NCBI GenBank assembly: GCA_963797275.1
Contig: CAWCOT010000005.1
Span: forward strand, 3,668 to 67,667
DNA length: 64,000 nt
Direction: 5' to 3'
Source: an uncultured Chloroflexia bacterium
GTDB taxonomy: Bacteria; Chloroflexota; Anaerolineae; Anaerolineales; UBA11579
In this document: one piece after another, positions 10,561-18,958 of the stretch
Position numbering within the stretch: position 1 is the stretch's first letter
Layout: each line of letters begins with the position of its first letter
The notes under the pieces: generated by a model
Databases searched by the model: none
Told to the model about the DNA's origin: nothing
What the model saw: only the letters and a program-made list of their open reading frames with translations
Position numbers and translations under genes: made by a program

Positions 10561-11281
10561 TCAGGCGCCCAGCACGCGAGCGAACGGCAGGCGCGGGTTA
10601 GCCAGGATGCGGTACACGATCAGGAACAGCAGGCTGCTTGCACCGTACCAATACATGCGCGTGACCCATACCGAGGTGATATCCGTCCCGCTGAAGATGC
10701 CGTGCAGCAAGGCGAAGGCGAACACCACGAAGCTGGCGAAGTGAATCACACCGCCAGGTGCGCGTTCCGGTGGAATGGCGCACATAAAAGCTGATGTTCA
10801 CGATGGCCCACACGTACAGCCCTAATTGACCCAGGCCCACCCAGAAGGGTTTGTAGTTGATGCTTCCAAATGGCACCAACACCTGGGCCAGGTTGTAGCC
10901 AATGAATTGGTCGCCCAGCAGGATCAAGGCATGGAAGATGCCGAAGGCCATGCCCAGCAGGCTGGCGTATTCATGCAGTTCGAAAGCCGCGGGGCCGCCG
11001 GGCCACAGGCGCGCCAGCTTATTGCTGATGGCCACACCGATGGCCATGGAGAACCACAGCAGCACGAAGGCTACCAGGGCGCTGCCCCGGGACAGATACC
11101 AGAAAGCCTTGGGGGCCGTGCCCAGCAGGGAATCGGCCATACCCGGCAGCCAGGCGGGTAGCAGCACGGCGGCCATGAAGGCGCCCATCCCTACCGACAG
11201 GATCAGCAGGAGGAGCGTAGTTAGCGTAAAAACCGGGTCAGCGGTTTCGACATCGATGAGGGGTTGGTTGGGGTTATTCAC
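10561..11281 (-). CDS. Ferric-reductase-like transmembrane (di-heme b) protein (frameshift near 10750)
   Basis: WYLSRGSA, FELHEY, GIFHAL and, after frame correction, WRVIHFASF and ALLHGIFSGTD (four heme-type His). GTG start overlaps the apbE stop (GTGA). Confidence 0.85.
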
Positions 11282-12210
11282 TGAGATTTCCTTATGTAGT
11301 TTTCGAAATGATTGCTGTAGATGGCATCGCCGTTTGTCAGCAGCACCAGGCCCTGGCCGTGCCCGCTTTCTTCCAGCCAATCCAGACCGGCCTGACTGCC
11401 TAAAATAAGCATGCTTTTGGCGGCCATCTCGGCTTCCATCACTGTGGGGGCGACCACTGTGGCGGCCAGCACATCCGTTTCGGCGGGCTGGCCGCTGCGC
11501 GGATCGATGATGTGATGCTGCCAGTGACCGTTCTTTTGCCAGCGGCGGCGATCCTGCCCCGAGGTAGCCACGCCGCCGTTCGCCACTAGGATATCCTCAA
11601 GCGCCCGGGTGGGCAGGGTGGGATCGTTCACCTGGATGGGCCAACCGGCCTCGCCCTCAGGCACGCACACGGCGATGTCGCCTCCGGCGTCAACCAGGGC
11701 TGCGCCGAGCGGCTGCAGCCTTTGCATGGCTTGATCGGCCGCCCAACCTTTGGCCACGCCGCCAAAATCCAGGCGCATGCCCATGGGAAGTTGAATAGAC
11801 CCAGCGGAGCGGTCCAATTGGATAAGGCTCACATCGGTGACGTCAGGGTCGGCATTTGGAGCTTCAACCTGGTAAGCAATGGGCCCCGCAATTACCTGGT
11901 CGAAAGTCTGCGTATATCCGGCACGCTCCAGGGCGGGCAGTAGCGCCGGGGTTACCAAACCCTGGCTTAGCCGCTTGGCTTCCAGAGCCAGGTCCAGCAT
12001 ATCCCACAGCAGCGGGCTGGCGCGGAAGGGCCTGCCCGCGCTTTGGTTTAGCTGGCTTAGCTCGCTGTCAGGCCGGAAGCGGCTGAGCGCCTGCTCCCAT
12101 TCCTCGAACCAGACCGGGACTTGCTCCAGGGCGGCGCCCACACGCGGCTCATCGTTGTCAACCGCGGCCAGGATCTGGGTGCCCATGGCGTGGAATTCTA
12201 TTTTGTGCAT
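11278..12210 (-). CDS. apbE: FAD:protein FMN transferase
   Basis: FHAMGT, LSRFRPDSELSQLN, LDFGGVAKGWAAD, VDAGGDI, GVATSG, HHIIDPRSG; no N-terminal signal peptide. Confidence 0.95.
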   Translation of the reverse strand: MHKIEFHAMGTQILAAVDNDEPRVGAALEQVPVWFEEWEQALSRFRPDSELSQLNQSAGRPFRASPLLWDMLDLALEAKRLSQGLVTPALLPALERAGYTQTFDQVIAGPIAYQVEAPNADPDVTDVSLIQLDRSAGSIQLPMGMRLDFGGVAKGWAADQAMQRLQPLGAALVDAGGDIAVCVPEGEAGWPIQVNDPTLPTRALEDILVANGGVATSGQDRRRWQKNGHWQHHIIDPRSGQPAETDVLAATVVAPTVMEAEMAAKSMLILGSQAGLDWLEESGHGQGLVLLTNGDAIYSNHFENYIRKSQ

Positions 12211-12211
12211 G

Positions 12212-12529
12212 CTAAGAAGAGCGGGTTCTGAAGGTGCGGAACGCCGTCCGGTTGCCGAACAGCTGTAACGGCCCGCTGTTGCTGGAAAACTGGGACTGCG
12301 CCGGTGGGCTGACATAGCGCAGGTCGCCCAGGGTGAGTTGGGCTGAGGCGTTATTGGCTGGGTCAGCGGCCTGAGAGGCCGCGTTAAGCGCAGCCGCGCG
12401 ATCTTGGTCTGCAAATAGTGACCATAATGCTACGGTGACGGCCAAACCGGCCACCGCGCTGAAGACTTTAATGCCCCCCAGGTCCAGGTTGCGACCCCTG
12501 TTCATGTTATCCATCATTTTGGCATCCAT
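12212..12529 (-). CDS. Small single-TM protein with low-complexity linker ending ...FRTRSS
   Basis: One hydrophobic helix; paralogous to 13128-13652 (ALWS.F..Q and LG.LR.V..PA shared). Start could be 12541. Confidence 0.75.
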   Translation of the reverse strand: MDAKMMDNMNRGRNLDLGGIKVFSAVAGLAVTVALWSLFADQDRAAALNAASQAADPANNASAQLTLGDLRYVSPPAQSQFSSNSGPLQLFGNRTAFRTFRTRSS

Positions 12530-12541
12530 ATTCACTACCAC

Positions 12542-13138
12542 CTAGTTTTCAGATTCTTGGCCTTCGCCGCTTTCCCCTGTACCTGGCGCCAAGTGCACCA
12601 ACAGGATCTGCCCCTGTTGGCTAATTAACACCACATCCCCAATGGTGAAGTCAACCCTATATACATCCATGCCTTCCACCCGCAGCGGGGAAACGCTGAC
12701 CACATCCGTGCGGCGCAAATAATTGGCTGCGATAAAGGCTGCCTGTTCCGGGGTGATGCCCGCCACCGTGGGGGTGGCAATCGCGTTGTAGAGCAAGGCG
12801 CCGCTGTTGGCGTCCACGTAAATGTTTCCGGAACCGAAGGCTATTTCGTAGGCCACGCTACCCTGGAAGTTCACCAGGTCGGCGCTGCCACTTGCTGTGG
12901 AGCCGTCTGGCGCCGCGCTCTGGGCGATTTGGATCGCTTTCTCTTTGCTAACCGGCAGCGCAGCTACATCGATGGGGGTCTGATCGGCTGCCGCGGACTG
13001 GCCAGGGTTACCCAAAAGCGCGGCTTGCTGGATTGAAAAATCCGATTGGGTGGACACGGCATTCAGCACGCCGGTCAGCAGAAACAGCAGAAAGGCGGTG
13101 ATGCCGATTGAGATCCAGAAGCCTGATTTACGCGCCAT
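12542..13138 (-). CDS. Membrane-anchored/secreted protein with two PepSY domains (copy 2)
   Basis: VSKEKAIQIA...IYVDANSG and ITPEQAAFIA...YRVDF; acidic tail. Confidence 0.85.
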   Translation of the reverse strand: MARKSGFWISIGITAFLLFLLTGVLNAVSTQSDFSIQQAALLGNPGQSAAADQTPIDVAALPVSKEKAIQIAQSAAPDGSTASGSADLVNFQGSVAYEIAFGSGNIYVDANSGALLYNAIATPTVAGITPEQAAFIAANYLRRTDVVSVSPLRVEGMDVYRVDFTIGDVVLISQQGQILLVHLAPGTGESGEGQESEN

Positions 13139-13652
13139 GAAAGGTCCTTTGCGGTACTGACATAAACTTAGCCGACAAAGATGAGATTTGTTTTAAGAAT
13201 TTCGCTTCTTTTTCCAATGGTTTTCCAAGAATTCCACGCGTGCCTCCTGAGGAGGCACGCGTGGTGGTGACCGCACCGCCAGTGGAGCGATTGCCGCCTA
13301 CGACACGCGGGGCGGGTACACTGTTGGCCGAAAAACTGGGTGCGGGCACCGTCACAGAGCGCAAGCTGCCCAGGGCGGGCTGGGCTGCTGCGGGTTGCAT
13401 GGCTTGGCCGTTCAGGTTCAGCGGCACCAGCGTGGGCATCGGCGGGAGCATTAGCTGTGCAGTGTTCAACTCGCTGGCGGCAAGTTGGCTGGCTAATTGA
13501 TCAATCCGAGCCTGGTTTGAAAACCCGGACCACAAGGCCAGCGTACCCGCTATCGCCGTAGTGCCAATCAGGAACTTCATTCCCTCCAACCCGAGGCTGC
13601 GCCTCTTCTTGGGTGCATGGTTGTTAGGGGTACTTACGGGTTGCTCAGTCAT
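13128..13652 (-). CDS. Single-TM protein with Pro/Ala/Ser linker; probable natural end ...VTTTRAS near 13248
   Basis: ATG overlaps the upstream stop. Similarity to the paralog ends at TTTRAS; the 40-codon extension runs through a putative promoter region. Confidence 0.75.
   Translation of the reverse strand: MTEQPVSTPNNHAPKKRRSLGLEGMKFLIGTTAIAGTLALWSGFSNQARIDQLASQLAASELNTAQLMLPPMPTLVPLNLNGQAMQPAAAQPALGSLRSVTVPAPSFSANSVPAPRVVGGNRSTGGAVTTTRASSGGTRGILGKPLEKEAKFLKQISSLSAKFMSVPQRTFHGA
13212..13229. promoter_or_regulatory. Putative OmpR-type direct-repeat site upstream of PepSY copy 2
   Basis: TTCCAAT-GGTT-TTCCAAG, 11-bp period, 74 bp upstream of the start at 13138. Confidence 0.6.
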
Positions 13653-14346
13653 CTCCGTGCTCTCCTTCTCCATCGCTGCGTGAAGCGGTTTGTGCGGACG
13701 GGCTGGGGGAGGCCAGGCGGACCAGCACGATTTGGCCGTACTGATCTACAAAGACCGCGTCGCTGTTGACGAACTTGACCCGGTATACATTAGCCCCGCC
13801 CAGAGTAGTTGTATCGACCGCGTAGATATCACTGCGGCCCATGTAGTTGGCCGCGATTTGGGCCGCCTGGTCAGCTGTAATGGTCGCCGGACTCTGGCTG
13901 ACGGTGCCGTTATAAAGGACCTGGCCGCTATTGGCGTCTACATAGATGTTCCCAGCGCCAAAAGGCACCTCATACGCTACGCTGCCTTGGAAATCGACTA
14001 GATCCGCTGGCCCGCTGGGTTGTGCCCCGCTGGCCGCATTCTGGGCGATCGCCGAGGCCTGCTCCGCCGTAAATGCAACGCTGCCCGCGGCTGAGTTGCT
14101 CGTGTTGGTCTGGGCGTTCAAGGCCGCCTGGGCCGCAGCCAACTGCTGGTTGGCCTGGTCGATGAGGGCTTGATAGGCGGCTTCCCGTTGGGCGTACGCC
14201 TCAGTCAACTGCGCCGTGCTCTGCGCCACCGCCGGATCGACAGCTTGGGATGACTGTGCGTTCAACGCGCCAAACAGGCTGGAGAACGTGAACAGGATGA
14301 AGATGGTGCTTGCAATGGAAATCCAAAAAGCAGGTTTCTTTAACAT
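13645..14346 (-). CDS. Membrane-anchored/secreted protein with coiled coil and two PepSY domains (copy 1)
   Basis: RBS AGGAGA; REAAYQALIDQANQQL; ADLVDFQGSVAYEV...IYVDANSG; ITADQAAQIA; tail EGEHGDD. Confidence 0.85.
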   Translation of the reverse strand: MLKKPAFWISIASTIFILFTFSSLFGALNAQSSQAVDPAVAQSTAQLTEAYAQREAAYQALIDQANQQLAAAQAALNAQTNTSNSAAGSVAFTAEQASAIAQNAASGAQPSGPADLVDFQGSVAYEVPFGAGNIYVDANSGQVLYNGTVSQSPATITADQAAQIAANYMGRSDIYAVDTTTLGGANVYRVKFVNSDAVFVDQYGQIVLVRLASPSPSAQTASRSDGEGEHGDD

Positions 14347-14415
14347 GGTTTCTCCTTGTACAGCCCTCAATTTAGCGGACCAAGATGAATCTACTTTTGG
14401 AACAGGGGTCGAGAA

Positions 14416-14433
14416 TTCCAATTGATTTCCAAT
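14416..14433. promoter_or_regulatory. Putative OmpR-type direct-repeat site in the divergent promoter
   Basis: TTCCAAT-TGAT-TTCCAAT, 11-bp period, 70 bp upstream of the start at 14346. Confidence 0.6.
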
Positions 14434-14483
14434 GAAATGCATTTACACTAGCAGTACAAGTCTCCCGCTTTGAATCCGTCTGG

Positions 14484-15179
14484 ATGGTGAAAGCTTTGCG
14501 TGTACTGATCATTGAAGACGATAAACGCCTGGCCAAGTTGATGAGCCAGGTGTTGCGAGATGAGCATTTCGTTGTGGACACGGCTCATGACGGCGACACT
14601 GGCCTTGAGCTAGCCTTGCGCGGCACCTACGATCTGGCTATCGTGGATTGGATGCTTCCCAACCGCGATGGCCCTTCCATCTGCAGCGCCGTACGCGAAG
14701 CCAAGTTGAATACCGGCATTATTTTGCTTACCGCGCGGGGCCAGTTGGAAGATCGTGTGGCTGGCCTGCAGACTGGCGCCGACGATTATCTGGTCAAACC
14801 TTTCGCTTTCGACGAGCTGCTGGCTCGTTTGCGCGCCTTGGGGCGCAGGGTTGGTGGCCTGGACGGGGATGCCAAGGAGCTGCGCGTTGGCAACCTGGTG
14901 CTGGATCTGCACACCCACACTGCCCGCAGGGGTGAGAAAACCCTCGAGCTCACCAAGACCGAATGGAATTTACTTGAGACGCTGATGCGTAACCCGGATA
15001 GGGTGCTGACCCAGCAAAGCATCTTGGAGAAGGTTTGGTCATACGAAAAGGACGTGCAGAGCAGTATGGTGGCTGTGTACATGTCCTATCTGCGCGGCAA
15101 GCTGAATGTGCCCGGCTCGCGCGACCCGATTGAAACGGTAAGGGGTGTAGGCTATCGCCTGGTGGCGGACTATGCTTAG
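14484..15179 (+). CDS. OmpR/PhoB family response regulator
   Basis: IIEDD, VDWMLP, LTAR, GADDYLVKPF, IETVRGVGY. Confidence 0.95.
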   Translation: MVKALRVLIIEDDKRLAKLMSQVLRDEHFVVDTAHDGDTGLELALRGTYDLAIVDWMLPNRDGPSICSAVREAKLNTGIILLTARGQLEDRVAGLQTGADDYLVKPFAFDELLARLRALGRRVGGLDGDAKELRVGNLVLDLHTHTARRGEKTLELTKTEWNLLETLMRNPDRVLTQQSILEKVWSYEKDVQSSMVAVYMSYLRGKLNVPGSRDPIETVRGVGYRLVADYA

Positions 15180-16566
15180 GCCACTACGCTGGAAGCTCAC
15201 CTTGGCTTTCCTGGGAGCTACTGTATTCCTAATCCTGCTGGTGGGCGGCAGCGCCTATTTTGGTTTGCGCAACTATTTCAATAGCTCAGCCGACCTGAGC
15301 CTTTTGCATGGCATGGCCACCCAGTTTCAACTTTACGGCTTTACGCTGCCACCCCAGTTGGATGCCGCTGAGAACACCTGGTTTGACGAGCAGGGCGCCG
15401 AGCGAGTCGCCGTCGCCGCTCCCGCGCAGGTTGCAGAGGGGGATACCGGCGATGCTCTGGAGGATATTGAGCAAAGCGCTCAATTGGGAATTGGTGAGGG
15501 CCGGGAAGAGACCTATTCCTCGGACATTATTCTGGTCTTTGTCATGCCCTTGGATGAACAGGGCAATTTGCTCTTCAATCCCAACCCATACCCGCTTCCC
15601 ATGGATCCCAATGTGGCTGCCAGCCAGGCAGCTTTACAAAACGGCAGCGACTTGCGTGACGCTTATCTGCCCACTGGACAACGCTTGCGCTTGCTCAGCT
15701 ATCGCACCCAATCTGGGCAGCAACCCGCTGTACTGCAGGTGGGTCGCCTGCTCGAGGACCAGGACCGGGTGCTGTTACGCGTGGCCACCAGCATCGGCGT
15801 TGCCGGGCTGGCGTTGATCGCCTTAGTGGGCGCCGGCAGTTGGTGGCTGGCGGGCCGTACCCTTGTGCCCGCCCAGCAAGCCTGGGACCGCCAGCAGACT
15901 TTCGTAGCCAATGCCAGCCACGAATTGCGCACTCCGCTTACCTTGATGCGCGCCAGCACCGAAGTCGCTATGCGCCAGAAGGCGGGGCCTAAGCGCAATC
16001 GTTTGTTGCAGGACGTGCTTAGCGAGACGGACTATATGAGCCGATTGGTGGATGACTTGCTTTTGCTCTCCAGGTTGGACGGGGGCCGGCTTCAGTTGGC
16101 CCTGGAGCCCTTGGCGGTAAACGCGCTGCTGGCCGACGTGCGCGCCCAAGCTGCCAAGTTGCCCGGCGGAAGCACGGTGGCTATAAAAAATGAAAGCCGG
16201 AACGCCAACGTGATGGGCGATCGTACCCGCCTGCGCCAGGTTCTGCTCATCTTGCTGGATAACGCCCTCGGCCATAACCCTCCAGGGACACCCATCCAGG
16301 TAACTGCCCATCAGCAGGGAGACCGCGTTGAAATCAGCGTTCAGGACCAGGGCAAGGGCATCTCCCCGGGTTATCTGGAGCACTTGTTTGAGCGTTTCTA
16401 TCAAATTCCCAGCGAAGCAGGAGCTGGCCGGGGGCATGGCTTGGGCCTGTCCATAGCCAAGGGGCTGGTGGAATTACACAACGGAACCATCCGGGCGGAC
16501 AGCGCCCTGGGAGAGGGCACTACCTTCACCATCTCGCTGCCTGCAGCCAAAACCCCGGCTGCCTAA
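15172..16566 (+). CDS. Membrane sensor histidine kinase
   Basis: Two TM segments; ASHELRTPLT, LLDNA, DQGKGI, FERFY, GLGLSIA. Confidence 0.95.
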   Translation: MLRPLRWKLTLAFLGATVFLILLVGGSAYFGLRNYFNSSADLSLLHGMATQFQLYGFTLPPQLDAAENTWFDEQGAERVAVAAPAQVAEGDTGDALEDIEQSAQLGIGEGREETYSSDIILVFVMPLDEQGNLLFNPNPYPLPMDPNVAASQAALQNGSDLRDAYLPTGQRLRLLSYRTQSGQQPAVLQVGRLLEDQDRVLLRVATSIGVAGLALIALVGAGSWWLAGRTLVPAQQAWDRQQTFVANASHELRTPLTLMRASTEVAMRQKAGPKRNRLLQDVLSETDYMSRLVDDLLLLSRLDGGRLQLALEPLAVNALLADVRAQAAKLPGGSTVAIKNESRNANVMGDRTRLRQVLLILLDNALGHNPPGTPIQVTAHQQGDRVEISVQDQGKGISPGYLEHLFERFYQIPSEAGAGRGHGLGLSIAKGLVELHNGTIRADSALGEGTTFTISLPAAKTPAA

Positions 16567-16732
16567 GTCAGCCACTTCCCCGCCGGCTTAATAAATCAAC
16601 GCGAATTCAACAAATAAGGGGTTCTTTTGTCCATTTCGCACGCCAAATAGACGAACATTCCACCCCGCTTGTACGTTTATTGACATACGCTGTCTGCATT
16701 ACCCTTCGGGGCCGTTTGGAGGTGAGTTCTGC

Positions 16733-17518
16733 TTGGCTGAACACAATGCTTTCTATCAAAAGGTGGCTTATTACGACATCGTTTTCGACCGCAATGTAAG
16801 TAAAGAAGTTGATTTCCTTTTAGCCGTCTATCAAAAGCAGGTCGGCAAGCCGGCCAAATCCACTTTGGATGTGGCCTGCGGCCCTGCCTACCACGCCCGT
16901 GAGCTAGCCCGCCGCGGCTTGCGCTCTATAGGCATGGACTTACGACCTGAGATGGTCGACTATGCCCGCCAGCGGGCAGTCGCCGAGGGTCTGCAGGTGG
17001 AACTGCTGGCGGCGGATATGCGCCATTTCCACCTGAAGCGCCCGGTGGATTTGGCATTCATTGCCTTTGACGGGATTGATGCCCTTGCGGAAAACCGCGA
17101 TCTGGTTTCCCACCTGCAGGCCATGGCCGCCAACCTGACCAGCCGCGGCGTGTATATTATCGACGTGACCCACCCCCGGGACAATTCTTTGACCCACTAC
17201 GGCAAATTCCATTACAAGGGCCGCCGCAATGGAACCTCGGTGGATGTCCGCTGGGCTACCAATAAACCCCATGTCGATTTACTCAGCGGTGTGGCTGACA
17301 CCGAAATCGAGATCCGCGTTAACGAAAACGGGAAACAATCCGTTATCAAGGACCGTGCACGTGAACGTGTACTCAGCGCTCAGGAGATCGTGCTGCTGGC
17401 CCAATTGAGCAAGAAATTATCCGTGGTGGACTGGTTCGGAGATTATGATATAAAGCAGCCGTTGGACGACACCTCAGCTTCCCATCGAATGATTGCGGTG
17501 CTGCAAAAGAATGACTGA
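16733..17518 (+). CDS. Class I SAM-dependent methyltransferase
   Basis: LDVACGPA motif I; ADMRHF; RBS GGAGG. Confidence 0.9.
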   Translation: MAEHNAFYQKVAYYDIVFDRNVSKEVDFLLAVYQKQVGKPAKSTLDVACGPAYHARELARRGLRSIGMDLRPEMVDYARQRAVAEGLQVELLAADMRHFHLKRPVDLAFIAFDGIDALAENRDLVSHLQAMAANLTSRGVYIIDVTHPRDNSLTHYGKFHYKGRRNGTSVDVRWATNKPHVDLLSGVADTEIEIRVNENGKQSVIKDRARERVLSAQEIVLLAQLSKKLSVVDWFGDYDIKQPLDDTSASHRMIAVLQKND

Positions 17519-18036
17519 AGACTACTCCATCGCAGGTCCTAATTCCTATCTTTTTCCCAAGATGGAGATTCGTCAGGCCGGCACCATTGAAGGCCGCGGT
17601 ATGTTCGCGCGCCAGCCAATCAAAAAGGGGGAGGTCATCAGCGTATGGGGTGGAGATGTGGTTGACCGTGCTCATTTCGAGCGTCTGGGTGCCCACCAGC
17701 AGCGTCAGAGCGCCCAGGTGGAAGAGGGCATGTATCTCGTTTCCAGCAAACCTGGCCCCGGCGACTTCGTCAACCATTCCTGTGACCCCAATGCCGGCCT
17801 GGACGGCCAGATCATAGTGGTGGCTATGCGGGACATCGCGGCTGGCGAGGAAGTCACTATTGACTATGCCATGTGTGATGGCGACCCTCAAGAACTCGTT
17901 TGAATGCCTGTGCAGCTCACCCGTCTGCCGGCATACCGTGACCGGCAACGATTGGATGCTTCCCGAATTGCAGAAACGCTACAAGGGCTATTTCTCGCCT
18001 TTCTTGCAGCATCGCATTGATAAACTGGGTAAATAA
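17511..18036 (+). CDS. SET-domain protein-lysine methyltransferase with post-SET (frameshift near 17897)
   Basis: GRGMFA, NHSCDPN, EEVTIDY; continues in another frame as [11 protein letters not shown]...NDW...RIDKLGK. Confidence 0.88.
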
Positions 18037-18049
18037 GGCCCGAGGGACC

Positions 18050-18418
18050 ATGCTAAAGGAATTCAAGGAATTTGCCCTGCGTGGCAACGCCATTGATTTG
18101 GCTATTGGCCTGGTGATTGGTTCGGCCTTTACCTCCGTTGTCAACGTCCTGGTCAGCGGGATTCTGATGCCTCCTATCGGGCTGCTGCTGGGCGGGGCAG
18201 ATTTTGAAGACCTCTTTCTGGTTCTCAAAATTGGCAACCCGGTTGGGCCGTACCCGACCCTGGCTGCCGCCCAGGAAGCAGGAGCAGTTACCCTTAATTA
18301 CGGACAACTGGGTACCGCCCTCATTAACTTCCTGATTGTTGCCTTTGCCCTATTCCTGGTGGTGAAAGGAATAAACCGCCTTTATAAGGAAGGCAGCGAT
18401 TCGGGCAAGAAGAGATAG
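18050..18418 (+). CDS. mscL: Large-conductance mechanosensitive channel
   Basis: [24 protein letters not shown]; INFLIVAF. Confidence 0.95.
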   Translation: MLKEFKEFALRGNAIDLAIGLVIGSAFTSVVNVLVSGILMPPIGLLLGGADFEDLFLVLKIGNPVGPYPTLAAAQEAGAVTLNYGQLGTALINFLIVAFALFLVVKGINRLYKEGSDSGKKR

Positions 18419-18496
18419 TGGTACTCATGGGGGTTTGCCTTTTTGTAAATGCTCAAGTAATATCAGGCTGGAGACTTAGGGCTCCTAATTTAAGTT

Positions 18497-18955
18497 ATGT
18501 TCATCCAACGTGTTGTTAGAACTCTCCTGCCTTCATGGCACAAGAAGGCACGCCGGCCTCGCGAAAGTGGCCAGGGCTTGATCGAATTCGTCATCGTGGT
18601 CCCCGTGCTAATGCTGATTCTGGCGGCGATCACAGATTTGGGTATCTTGTATATTGTTTCCCAAACCGCTGAGCATGCCAGCAGCGAAGGCGCCCGATTT
18701 GCGGTAAAGCTGGACGGTTTGGCCCCCAATGACTCGCGGGTGAGCGACTACGTGGATACGTATATTCCTGATATCAATTTATACAGTGGCTTCACAACCG
18801 GCGGTATCAGCACCACCTTTCCTGGTTGCGGCGGCACCGATCAAGTCACCGTAGCGGTTGGGGGTGACTATCATTTTCTGGTCCTTAATATCCTCGGGCT
18901 GAACAGCATTCATTTGTCGTTCCCGACGACAATGCGCTATGAACTGTGTGGATAA
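18497..18955 (+). CDS. TadE-like minor pilin
   Basis: GQGLIEF processing site, hydrophobic helix, EGARFA. Confidence 0.85.
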   Translation: MFIQRVVRTLLPSWHKKARRPRESGQGLIEFVIVVPVLMLILAAITDLGILYIVSQTAEHASSEGARFAVKLDGLAPNDSRVSDYVDTYIPDINLYSGFTTGGISTTFPGCGGTDQVTVAVGGDYHFLVLNILGLNSIHLSFPTTMRYELCG

Positions 18956-18958
18956 GTT

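Noticed and set aside
11278-12414. N-terminally extended ApbE (378 aa in the ORF track)
   Set aside because: The extension overlaps the upstream tail-protein gene and is not signal-like; the family-typical start is at 12210.
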